DNA from: an uncultured Candidatus Saccharibacteria bacterium
GTDB taxonomy: Bacteria > Patescibacteriota > Minisyncoccia > 2-02-FULL-40-12 > GWA2-44-9
Direction of reading: 5' to 3'
Assembly: GCA_964356795.1 (NCBI GenBank)
Contig: CAYHIK010000001.1
Location: forward strand, 3,111-67,110
Length of the DNA: 64,000 bases
Under the pieces are notes generated by a model. That model was not told the origin of the DNA and did no database searches. It saw only the letters and a list, made by a program, of their open reading frames with translations. Made by a program: the position numbers and the translations under genes. This document shows positions 27,360-36,071 of the stretch, piece after piece. The stretch's first letter is position 1. The number at the start of each line of letters is the position of its first letter.

Positions 27360-28421
27360 CTATTTCTTGCGAAGATGGAAGTGGCCGTTTTCGTCTTTCA
27401 CGAATGTGCCAGAATCCTGGAGATTCAATAGAATCGTATTCTCCTTTACCAAGCGTACCGAGCTCACGCGAGCAACCAACTCCACGCGTGGCAATGGCTT
27501 GCCATGTGAGCGAAGGATATCTACTAGCACATCTTTGACGGTGCCCGATTTATATCCCCACTCGGAGAGCGCATACATACCGCGGCCAACGAGCACAAAT
27601 CGCTTGTCCTTGATGAGCTCATTGTGCACGGTCTGCACGTTCACCTTCTTTGCATCAAATTTTGCCACGTTGATAAGCTTCGCAATCTGGCTGAAGTGCT
27701 GAGGCTTTTCTGCCTGCTTGATCACCAAATACGCCTTATCGCGAACACCCTTGGGACGAATCTGGCTCCAGTGGGTCAATCCCATCTGGCCAAAAATATT
27801 GCATCCGAGGTCCTTGCAAATAGCAGAAATCGTTGCGAGGTGCTTATCGGTAAACTTTGAACCATCGAGTGCGGATACATTATTTTTCGTCGCAAGCTCA
27901 ATGACCTGGCCCACGGGAATAACCGAATTATGAGACTGAAGGGCGGACGTGAGCGCCGCAACCTGCGCGCGGAACGCATCGAGGGTCGCGCGGCTACGCG
28001 TCCAAAACGCGTGGTAGTGGTCGTTGTCCGCCATACGAATCAATTCAGTGTCGAGTGTAAGTGCAAAAATAAGAGAGGCATTGGCGACGGTGTCCTTGTC
28101 GTTTCCTGACACCATTTTGAACAATGCTCGCTCACGAACAACCCCACCCTCCCGAGCAATCAAATCCTTCATACTTGATGTAAATCGAGTCAATTCACGA
28201 ATATCTGAAGCATGCTTTGCGAGCTGAGCAAGCGCGAACTCTTCAATCTGTCGAACGCGTTCACGAGTGATTCCGTACCCCTTACCGATGGATTCGAGCG
28301 TTTCCTTGGTGCCTGTCTTCAAACCAAAGCGCCGTGAGACGATATCACGGTTACGCGGATTGAGCGTTTTGACCAACTGTGCGACTGACTTGGTCAGGGT
28401 TTTTACATCGATAGTTGCCAT
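27360..28421 (-). CDS. Sigma70 region-4 / winged-helix (HARE-HTH-like) protein
   Basis: RRFGL....ETLESIG..YGITRERVRQIE at the N-terminus; VHNELIKDKRFVLVGRGMYAL.EW near the C-terminus. Confidence 0.82.
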   Translation of the reverse strand: MATIDVKTLTKSVAQLVKTLNPRNRDIVSRRFGLKTGTKETLESIGKGYGITRERVRQIEEFALAQLAKHASDIRELTRFTSSMKDLIAREGGVVRERALFKMVSGNDKDTVANASLIFALTLDTELIRMADNDHYHAFWTRSRATLDAFRAQVAALTSALQSHNSVIPVGQVIELATKNNVSALDGSKFTDKHLATISAICKDLGCNIFGQMGLTHWSQIRPKGVRDKAYLVIKQAEKPQHFSQIAKLINVAKFDAKKVNVQTVHNELIKDKRFVLVGRGMYALSEWGYKSGTVKDVLVDILRSHGKPLPRVELVARVSSVRLVKENTILLNLQDSGTFVKDENGHFHLRKK

Positions 28422-28526
28422 ACGTTTGCATCTGTTATCTAAAGCAATGCCGTCCTCTCGGGGCAGCACGCCTACATACAGTAGCAATTATTATTAAACT
28501 CGTCAAGCCCTCCCGCCAGACACTCC

Positions 28527-29423
28527 CTACCGAGACTTATTTCGACGACTCATCCACACAAGAACCGGTGATGCGATAAAGATTGAGGAATACGCCCCCA
28601 GGCCAATCCCGAGCATAAGCGCAAGGGCAAAATACTTGATACTGTCCCCTCCAAACAAGAACACCGCAAGGGATGACAGGATCACCACGAGCGTATTATT
28701 GATAGAGCGAACCAGCGTTTGCATGACACTTTCGTGTACCAAGTCTGGCAGGGAAAGCTTCGAGCCACGAAGGATATTCTCGCGGACGCGGTCATAGATA
28801 ACCACCTTGTCGGAGACGGTGTAGCCCAAGATGGTCAAGATTGCGGCAACATAGATACCAGTGATTTGGACATCGTAGAAATGCCCAAGTACCGCGAAGA
28901 CGCCCATAGGGATAATGATGTCGTGCGCGAGGCCGAGAAGCGTCCCCGCGGTCATCGCCCACAGCGAGAGTGACCGTGAAAGCGTTCTAAACATCCACGC
29001 GATGTACACGAGCACCGCCGTCAATAAGATAAAAATTGCGAGCTTACTCTTTTGCACAAGCTCGTCTCCAAGCGCAGGTCCGATGGAATCGAATCGCACC
29101 TCGGTGATTGTTGTCGTTGGAAATGCCTTCGTAAGCCCCTCCAGGAGCGCCTGATGTTCAGTCTCGCTCAGTGGACCACTTCGAATAATGGTCTCGGAAT
29201 CGCCCGACGGGCTTACGGTGATATCGAGATACGACTTCCCATCAAGCTGTGCAATCGCCTTGATGACATCGTCATTCGCTGGTCGCTCGCTAAATTGCAC
29301 CTCGAGAATACTCCCGCCCGTGAAGTCAACGCCCCAATTCAAGCCCCATACTTTCAATACGCCAAACGACGCAATGAGTATGATGACCGAAGCCGCGAAC
29401 ATGACAGAATAAAATCGTTTCAT
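28527..29423 (-). CDS. secF: Protein translocase subunit SecF
   Basis: GVDFTGG, IGPALG, HD, LTILGY..SDKVVIYDRVREN, QTLVRSIN and GAYSSIFIA motifs. Confidence 0.95.
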   Translation of the reverse strand: MKRFYSVMFAASVIILIASFGVLKVWGLNWGVDFTGGSILEVQFSERPANDDVIKAIAQLDGKSYLDITVSPSGDSETIIRSGPLSETEHQALLEGLTKAFPTTTITEVRFDSIGPALGDELVQKSKLAIFILLTAVLVYIAWMFRTLSRSLSLWAMTAGTLLGLAHDIIIPMGVFAVLGHFYDVQITGIYVAAILTILGYTVSDKVVIYDRVRENILRGSKLSLPDLVHESVMQTLVRSINNTLVVILSSLAVFLFGGDSIKYFALALMLGIGLGAYSSIFIASPVLVWMSRRNKSR

Positions 29424-29427
29424 GGAA

Positions 29428-30726
29428 TCAAGAGAATAATGCTCGATACTTACCAAGACGGCTCGATGCAAACACTCGCAAGAATGTACGCGTTACCACG
29501 ATAGAGGTAAACAAGCTTATAATAACGCCCGTCCCCAACGTGAGTGCAAACCCTCGAACAATCGACGCCGTGAATGCATACAGGACCAATGCGCTAATGA
29601 ATGCCGTCACGTGACTGTCGCGAATCGATGGCCACGACCGACGGAATCCCTCTGCCATCGCCGCACTGAGCGAGCGCCCTGCAGAAAGCTCCTCTTTCAT
29701 ACGAGCAAAAATAAGGACATTTGCATCAAGCGCCATGCCCAGCGAAAGAATGAATCCAGCTACACCCGCGAGCGTCAATGTGACGGGTAATGCCTTATAT
29801 ACAGAAAGCGTAATAAGAAGATAGACACCCAATGCAAGAAGCGACGTGACACCGGGAAGACGGTAAAAGGCAATCATGAAGAGGCCCACAAGAATGAGTC
29901 CCCATACTCCCGCATTCATACTATTCTGAAGCGATTCCTGACCCAGCGATGCTCCAATCGTCTGCTGTGAAATAAGCTTGATTGGCACGGGAAGCGCTCC
30001 GCTATTGAGGCGGGTTGCAAGCAACTTCGATTCTGGGGCTGTGAAGTTTCCGCTAATGACGGCGCTTCCATCCACAATCTCACTCTGAACAACAGGGATA
30101 CTAATAGGAACCCCGTCGAGGAAGATCGCGACCGGCTTCCCAAGATTGCGTCGCGTAATATCGGCAAATAACTTTGCGCCTTCATCGTTGAGCTCAAGAC
30201 TCACCTGGGGTCGTCCCGTCTGAGGGTCGAATGACACCAGCGCGCGTTTTAATTGTTTGCCAGAAAGGCCTGTTGAAATCCACGCATTTGGATCGGTAGC
30301 GCTCTGCTCTTTGAATTCCAAGAATGGCGTCTCCCCGATGAGCTTGATTGCCTCGTTCACATCCTTTACACCCGCAATCTCAACAATGAGTCTATCCGAG
30401 CCGCTGATTTGCACGACTGGCTCTGCAACACCAAAGAAGTTCACCCGACGCTCGACGACATCGCGAACACCCTGCATCGCAGAGGCGCGGTCAATATCGG
30501 CGGCAAGGCCTGAGAAGTCCGCCTGATACAGTAAGTGTGCACCTCCGAGTAAATCGAGCCCAAGGGTAAACGGTTGCGCGGGAACACTCGGAATCGGTCC
30601 GAGCCATGAAGGGAGATACTGATTCGTAAATCCAATACCGCGATTTACTGCACTCGGAGACACGTACACAAACAACGCCAACGATATGAGAATTATGCTT
30701 GAGAGAATTTTTGAGTTTCGCGTCAT
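29428..30726 (-). CDS. secD: Protein translocase subunit SecD
   Basis: LGLDLLGG, RVNFFGVAEP, SGALPVP, IGASLG, GMALDANVLIFAR.KEE and RGFALTL motifs. Confidence 0.95.
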   Translation of the reverse strand: MTRNSKILSSIILISLALFVYVSPSAVNRGIGFTNQYLPSWLGPIPSVPAQPFTLGLDLLGGAHLLYQADFSGLAADIDRASAMQGVRDVVERRVNFFGVAEPVVQISGSDRLIVEIAGVKDVNEAIKLIGETPFLEFKEQSATDPNAWISTGLSGKQLKRALVSFDPQTGRPQVSLELNDEGAKLFADITRRNLGKPVAIFLDGVPISIPVVQSEIVDGSAVISGNFTAPESKLLATRLNSGALPVPIKLISQQTIGASLGQESLQNSMNAGVWGLILVGLFMIAFYRLPGVTSLLALGVYLLITLSVYKALPVTLTLAGVAGFILSLGMALDANVLIFARMKEELSAGRSLSAAMAEGFRRSWPSIRDSHVTAFISALVLYAFTASIVRGFALTLGTGVIISLFTSIVVTRTFLRVFASSRLGKYRALFS

Positions 30727-30819
30727 GCGTGGAACATCAATTACGGGCTTCATGATGACAATACTGACCGTTCTTGTCAAATCCACGGCTCTTCATGACG
30801 TCCTCCATATGGGTCCTTC

Positions 30820-30971
30820 GCCGATAGTCCCTGCTCGGAACTTGGTCACAAAGAACGCTCACCTCGCGAACCGTAGAACATGTTGCAATATTGGGGATGC
30901 AACATTCTGCGGCTCGCCATCAGCTCGCATCTATCATTTCTGCCAAGATTCCTAGGGCAGGGGCTACCGGC
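30820..30971 (+). repeat. Nested-hairpin intergenic element, copy A
   Basis: Outer stem 30820-30845 with 30943-30971; inner stem GCGAACCGTAGAACATGTTGCA/TGCAACATTCTGCGGCTCGC; collinear with the reverse complement of 31469-31628. Confidence 0.85.
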
Positions 30972-31003
30972 TACGGATCACTCGATATATGCTCTTACTA
31001 ATG

Positions 31004-31030
31004 AAAAGGCGGAGATGGTTAGTCTCCGCC
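31004..31030 (-). terminator. Intrinsic terminator
   Basis: GGCGGAGA/TCTCCGCC stem then TTTT on the - strand. Confidence 0.7.
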
Positions 31031-31055
31031 GAGGACGCACTACCGCCGACGCTTT

Positions 31056-31418
31056 CTACGAGATGCCGGCGTTATCTGGCTTCCGCCTGGTGAAGAACCC
31101 GCGGAGATAGTAGTAAGCCACCCCCTGCAAGGAGCCGATGATCATGAAGATCCCCGGGGAAAGGACGTAGAACAAGCGGATGTGCCACTCAAGTCCGCCC
31201 GTCGTGATCGTCCACATGGGAATGCCGCCGATTACGAGACCCAGCGGACCCCATACCAACACCTCCCGAGTGGACAGGTAACCCGAACCACCCGCTCTCT
31301 TCATGTGAATCTTCGCCAGTGTGAACCCGAGGAGCACTGCGCATGGCCACTCAGCCAGCCACACCAGACTACCCACAAACCCGAGCGCCACGAACACTAC
31401 GAGCAACGTAAATTCCAT
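31056..31418 (-). CDS. Small multi-TM hypothetical membrane protein
   Basis: GGAGG SD, promoter TTGACA-17-TATCAT, terminator, 3-4 hydrophobic segments. Confidence 0.7.
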   Translation of the reverse strand: MEFTLLVVFVALGFVGSLVWLAEWPCAVLLGFTLAKIHMKRAGGSGYLSTREVLVWGPLGLVIGGIPMWTITTGGLEWHIRLFYVLSPGIFMIIGSLQGVAYYYLRGFFTRRKPDNAGIS

Positions 31419-31433
31419 GCAAACCTCCACTGC

Positions 31434-31464
31434 ACATGATACGCCATAATTTGTATCATGTCAA
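31434..31464 (-). promoter_or_regulatory. Promoter overlapped by a 9-bp inverted repeat (operator-like)
   Basis: TTGACA (31464-31459)-17-TATCAT; ACATGATAC-10 nt-GTATCATGT. Confidence 0.6.
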
Positions 31465-31468
31465 GTTT

Positions 31469-31628
31469 CCCGCTAACCCATTCCAGCGCAGGGGTCTTGG
31501 CGGAAATAATAGTTGCGAGGCGAAATCAACCGCAGTAGTGTTGCATCTTCAAAACTGCAACATCTACTACGGTCGATAAGCCGAGAACTCCTTACGACCA
31601 AGCCCCGAGCAGGGATGGGTTAGCGGGG
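31469..31628 (-). repeat. Nested-hairpin intergenic element, copy B (inverted relative to copy A)
   Basis: Outer stem CCCGCTAACCCAT/ATGGGTTAGCGGG, middle GGGGTCTTGG/CCAAGCCCC, inner ATCAACCGCAGTAGTGTTGCA/TGCAACATCTACTACGGTCGAT. Confidence 0.85.
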
Positions 31629-31635
31629 AAGTTGA

Positions 31636-33084
31636 CTACTCTGCCTCATCGAGCTTTTCACGAGACTTGCGGGGCTTCTGGGAGGCGAGCCAATCGCGGA
31701 GGAGCATCGTGGCGCGTACATCGTCTTCGTTGTAGCGAATGATTCTATCAAGCGATGCGCGATCCCCCGTGCGAAGCCACGTGTCGTACCATACGACAGA
31801 CTCCGCTCCGCCCGCCTCCGAATCTGCCCATGCATACCCAAGATACTTTGCCACATCTTTCAATGTATAGAAGTAGAGCGGAAGCACTACGGAATCAATC
31901 GTCTTCTGGTGGAGATCAACCGAGTGTTCGTGGAATTTCTGCACGAGATGCGATGGCGCACCGTGGCGCTGTGCGAGACGGTCAAACACCATCTTTTCAT
32001 AAAACGCATAGTGATAAATCGCAAAATTCTCCCACCCTGCGAGCAGGTCGAGGAATTTGCCCCACATCACGGCTTCATCTTCGGGCTTTTCTGCAATCAG
32101 CGTAGAGTAGGTCACGGCACCAGACGCAGTATCGCGAATCAAAAGCCCAAGCAAATAATCGACGTCGCGCGTCGGATCAGATTCAATATCGAAGAAAATT
32201 TCAGTGGCAACCTCGGGAAATGCCCCCTTTCGGATAATCTTTGGCTCTCCGCTCATGAGGACGCGCGCCTGATTCTGGAAACGGACAATCTTATCGTACG
32301 GCCAATCTTCAAATTTACCACGGAGATCGTCGGCATCGGCTTGTGCAAGGTCGGCAACCGTATGAATCCCAACGCTATACAAACGACGCTGATCGGCCTG
32401 CGAGAGGCGATAGATAAGCGAGACGTCATTGCATCCTTCGGCACCCTCAAGGCAAAGCGAGTACCACGGAGTACGCTTACAGCTCGATTTCAAGAACGGC
32501 GCGGGCTTATCCCCCGATAAGATGCGCTCGATGTCTTCGCGCGTTGTGTGAAATTGCGAAATAAAATCCCCTACCAAAAACGAACGCTCATGGCCCTGTG
32601 GATCAATCACGTATGCCTCGGTCGGCCGCACACCCTGAATCTTCTCTAAAATCAAAGAATAGAACACGAGCGGAAACTTATGCTCATCTTTAAGCTCAAG
32701 ATTTCGCTGTACATCGTACGTGACATATTGAAAGTCCCCCAGCGTACTCTTCCCGGGTCGAGCTTCGAGTAAATCGGGCATCCCCACCCAATCTTCCGTC
32801 ATGAGCACACCGTGGTAAATGTTTTTCCCCTGCTTCATCAGCTCGAGCGTTGCCAAGTAGGCCTCTTCCAAGTCGCGATACTGCTCGGGCTTGAGTTCCT
32901 CGAACTTCTTATGCGCTCCAAGTGAGCCGACGGCATCCTGCATCTTACCTTTGTAGATAATATCCAGGAGTGGGGATGGCTCTTTCTTATGCGCGCTATC
33001 GGCGTAAATGTCGTACCAAATCCAATGCGGGCACTGAAAGAATTTATAGAAGTGCTGAGCGGTTAGTTTCTGTGTTGGTTCCAT
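31636..33084 (-). CDS. TM0106-family RecB-like nuclease with RNase H-like C-terminal domain
   Basis: PDLLE, C..C-like CKRTPWYSLC, GIHTVADLA, FFDIESDP, YHYAFYE, YTLKDVA and YNEDDVRAT motifs. Confidence 0.88.
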   Translation of the reverse strand: MEPTQKLTAQHFYKFFQCPHWIWYDIYADSAHKKEPSPLLDIIYKGKMQDAVGSLGAHKKFEELKPEQYRDLEEAYLATLELMKQGKNIYHGVLMTEDWVGMPDLLEARPGKSTLGDFQYVTYDVQRNLELKDEHKFPLVFYSLILEKIQGVRPTEAYVIDPQGHERSFLVGDFISQFHTTREDIERILSGDKPAPFLKSSCKRTPWYSLCLEGAEGCNDVSLIYRLSQADQRRLYSVGIHTVADLAQADADDLRGKFEDWPYDKIVRFQNQARVLMSGEPKIIRKGAFPEVATEIFFDIESDPTRDVDYLLGLLIRDTASGAVTYSTLIAEKPEDEAVMWGKFLDLLAGWENFAIYHYAFYEKMVFDRLAQRHGAPSHLVQKFHEHSVDLHQKTIDSVVLPLYFYTLKDVAKYLGYAWADSEAGGAESVVWYDTWLRTGDRASLDRIIRYNEDDVRATMLLRDWLASQKPRKSREKLDEAE

Positions 33085-33129
33085 GGGGGCATTGTACCGT
33101 GCGCGCAGCAAAAAAGAAACGACCCGTCC

Positions 33130-34509
33130 TTAGAGGGCGGGTCGAACGACGGAGCACACGAAGCGGTCGCGGTGCAGATACTTCGCAGCAACCGCGCGAA
33201 GCATGCGATGTGTTACGCGTCTAATGTCATCGTAATAGGACGAAAACCGCGAAAGATCTTCATCTCCATTTGCGAGCGACATAAGGATACGGTCAGAGAG
33301 TGCACCCGGTGAGAAGCGATAGTGCTCGAGGAACAGATGCGCGAGGAAGAATGTTGCATCCTCGACATCCTCTTCGAGTTCGGAGCTAGGCCCCGAAACG
33401 ATATCGCTGATCACATCAAGCATTCGCTCGATGAGATACTCACAGTGAGCGCGATCCCCACGAGTTGCGAATTCAACGAGCATCACCCCGTGACTCGACG
33501 AACAGTCCCAGACAACATCGGAATGATAGATGCCACCGGGATGCACGAGGTTCCCCTCTCGAAGCGCCGCATCAATGCGATCCTTCAGGATGCCTTCGAG
33601 CACTTCGAGCGCGAATGCGTCTCTCGTACTAAAGGTCTCGGTCGGCCACAGCATGCACACGTGGTGCATCGTTGCACCGCTGCGGTCTGTAGTGATGCGA
33701 CGGATATCGGTGAGTACGGGCACATCATCCGAACGATTGTAGCTCCACGAAGTTGCGGGCCATGGTGGCAATTCATTCAAACGAGCATCACGCACCATCC
33801 GCACCGCGTCGTGCTGATTGGGGCCGATGAGCACCACACACATCGTCGCGGGCACACAGTTCACCTGCGCCCACTGCTTCATCGTTCCAACCTTCACGCG
33901 CGCCAGCTGTTCGGGATCAGAATCGCCCCAGTGCCGAGCAGGATTCGTCGTGTATAGCGCGCGGAGTGCCGCACGATACCCAGCCATGCCCGGCCATTCG
34001 TCGTTCAAGCCCGTCTCATTGTCGACTGCAGAACGTTCAACCGAAAGTGCACGGGCATTCACAATCGCATCGTCACGATTCCGCATGTCGCGAATATCGT
34101 ACATTGCATCGCGCACCATGCCAGCCATGATTTGGAACACTTCGTTCCGATGGCGTGCATGGAACAAATCCTGATGACCGTATCCCGTATAGCTATGCTC
34201 GGTGTGCACGTTGATGCCCGAACCGCTCGACCCACCGAAGTATCGACGGAACATGCGGTCAGCCTGACGAGCGCTAATCGGTTGCGGTCGTTCCGGGTAT
34301 CGACGCGCCCAGCGCGCAACGACTCGTGGTGACGCGCCACGGCAGAACAAATGCTCAACCGCATGCGCCATCCCGATGAACGACACAGGATCGTTGCGGG
34401 TCCCCCGCAAAAATCCAACCTGTGATGCGCTCAGAAGCCTATTGGAAACATTCACCAGTCTGACGCCGTTTTCGAACAGCGTAATGACGGGCGGGTTCTT
34501 ATCCGCCAT
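33130..34509 (-). CDS. M16 (insulinase-family) metallopeptidase-like protein
   Basis: GMAHAVEHL (HxxEH), ERSAVDNE, C-terminal IRRVT...LRAVAAKYL; SD AAGGAGG; hairpin 33120-33144 overlapping the stop. Confidence 0.78.
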   Translation of the reverse strand: MADKNPPVITLFENGVRLVNVSNRLLSASQVGFLRGTRNDPVSFIGMAHAVEHLFCRGASPRVVARWARRYPERPQPISARQADRMFRRYFGGSSGSGINVHTEHSYTGYGHQDLFHARHRNEVFQIMAGMVRDAMYDIRDMRNRDDAIVNARALSVERSAVDNETGLNDEWPGMAGYRAALRALYTTNPARHWGDSDPEQLARVKVGTMKQWAQVNCVPATMCVVLIGPNQHDAVRMVRDARLNELPPWPATSWSYNRSDDVPVLTDIRRITTDRSGATMHHVCMLWPTETFSTRDAFALEVLEGILKDRIDAALREGNLVHPGGIYHSDVVWDCSSSHGVMLVEFATRGDRAHCEYLIERMLDVISDIVSGPSSELEEDVEDATFFLAHLFLEHYRFSPGALSDRILMSLANGDEDLSRFSSYYDDIRRVTHRMLRAVAAKYLHRDRFVCSVVRPAL

Positions 34510-34598
34510 AACGCTCACCTCCTTCAGATGAGAAAGAACGATGGAACGACAATAAAGAAAAAACCCATCCGCCACAAGAGCGAATGGGTATCGACTGT

Positions 34599-35186
34599 TT
34601 AGTCGAAGCAGAGATACATGAGGCGATAATTCGAGTACTCCCAATCGCCGTCATCGTAGTCGTAACGGTCGGCGGGTCTCCGATTCGTCGGAACCCAGTA
34701 CCAGCCACATCCGACGTTCGGACGATACCAGTACGGCCAGTAGAAGCTCACCCACGAAGAACGGTCGTAGTGCCAGAGCCGATAGTGCGGACCGAAGTTG
34801 CGTCCGTAGAACCGGGTCCTGCCGTACCAATCGGCGCCACGATACGAGCGAGGGAAGCGATACCAGCGGCCCCGGTCAGGACGCTGATAGTTCCTCCAGT
34901 GATACTGATCATATCGATTGCGATCATCGCGACGGTCGTACTGCCCAGGACGCGGATGACGGTCCTGTGCGCCACGACGGTCTCGCTCGCTCTGTGCGCG
35001 AGGCACTGCACGGTTCGACGGTGGCGCCTCGTGAGCTCGCTCGCGGGGCTGAGCCTTCCGCTCGCGATTGCCATCGCTCGAACGCGGCCTGCCCTGCTGC
35101 TGTGCGTTTGCGGCGGTACCCGTACACCACAGGGCAGTGAGTACCACGAAGAACGCGATGAGCAGAATGCGTGTTCTGCGTCCCAT
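34599..35186 (-). CDS. Secreted low-complexity Arg/Asp/Tyr/Trp-rich protein
   Basis: AGGAGG SD, signal peptide ending ANA, then charged and aromatic-rich regions. Confidence 0.7.
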   Translation of the reverse strand: MGRRTRILLIAFFVVLTALWCTGTAANAQQQGRPRSSDGNRERKAQPRERAHEAPPSNRAVPRAQSERDRRGAQDRHPRPGQYDRRDDRNRYDQYHWRNYQRPDRGRWYRFPRSYRGADWYGRTRFYGRNFGPHYRLWHYDRSSWVSFYWPYWYRPNVGCGWYWVPTNRRPADRYDYDDGDWEYSNYRLMYLCFD

Positions 35187-35236
35187 GCGAATCCTCCTAA
35201 CAAGGAAAAGAACAACGCCTACATTGTAGCACTAAG

Positions 35237-35692
35237 TCAAGCGGTTGCAACACGCCCCGGCACCGAAACGCTTGGGTATCGCTTCACCTCGTGCTTCGGT
35301 ATAAACGACTTCAAATACCTTCGCTGTGAAGCGGAAAACTGCCGGACGAGAATTCCCTCAATAGAAAGGATGGAACGCTCCCCGGCGCGAGGGAGAATGA
35401 CATGCGCAAGCTCATGAATGAGTGTCTCAACCTCGTCATCCCGGCAGCGATGCGTGTTTTTTGCTGGATTTATGAGGATTTGCACCCAATTACCCGATGG
35501 GTGGATATCAGGGTCCATAAGGCCTCGAATGACCTTACGATGTGGGTCGTCGGGGTTCACTAGGCGCTTCTTTCGGGAGATTTTCACACGCTCGCTCCGA
35601 AGTACCACCACGAATTGCCTGAATACCCAGTCAACAAGCGCATCACCGCTTCTCGGTAGACTTGTCATGTATTTTGATGCAGCTCGTTTCAT
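35237..35692 (-). CDS. Hypothetical protein with HExxH zincin motif
   Basis: IQILINP-like strand followed by ETLIHELAHVI. Confidence 0.6.
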   Translation of the reverse strand: MKRAASKYMTSLPRSGDALVDWVFRQFVVVLRSERVKISRKKRLVNPDDPHRKVIRGLMDPDIHPSGNWVQILINPAKNTHRCRDDEVETLIHELAHVILPRAGERSILSIEGILVRQFSASQRRYLKSFIPKHEVKRYPSVSVPGRVATA

Positions 35693-35815
35693 GGATTTGG
35701 AGGGTGTAGCTGCGGCATGGTATACGGCTCCTGGGTTCTTCGCAACCTTGACCTATAGGCTCGATTTGTGGCATGAAAAAACACCCTCACGGGTGCTTTT
35801 TCATATCCGCCAGAA

Positions 35816-35995
35816 CTACATCTGCATTTTCTTCTGACCCATCACCTGATAAATCGCTGATAATGCCACGAGCGCATACAATACGCGCGCGAGGGTGAGG
35901 CCGAGGTATTGCCCGACACCGAGACCGAACAACACGAGACCCCAGTTGAGGCCACCGATCACCAACAGCCAAAACGTTACTTTATTGAGATTCAC
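35816..35995 (-). CDS. DUF378-family small membrane protein
   Basis: LLVIGGLNWGLV...ARVLYALVALSAIY; GTG start after a G-rich SD. Confidence 0.85.
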   Translation of the reverse strand: MNLNKVTFWLLVIGGLNWGLVLFGLGVGQYLGLTLARVLYALVALSAIYQVMGQKKMQM

Positions 35996-36071
35996 ATAAA
36001 TCACCCCCTCTATGTAGCTCCCCTAATTATCGCATACATCGACAGCGCGTCGAGCAATATTCATCCACACC

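Noticed and set aside
30686-31110. ORFs 30686-30955(+) and 30880-31110(+)
   Set aside because: They cross the structured element and a terminator, have no SD, and do not look protein-like.
31469-31628. Integron attC site (CGCTAAC...GTTAGCG ends)
   Set aside because: Only copy B has AAC/GTT ends, the homologous copy A does not, and there is no intI in the window.
34584-35417. 277-aa + strand ORF
   Set aside because: Antisense to 34599-35186, which has a strong SD and a signal peptide; its V/I/P/A bias mirrors the R/D/Y codons of the real gene.
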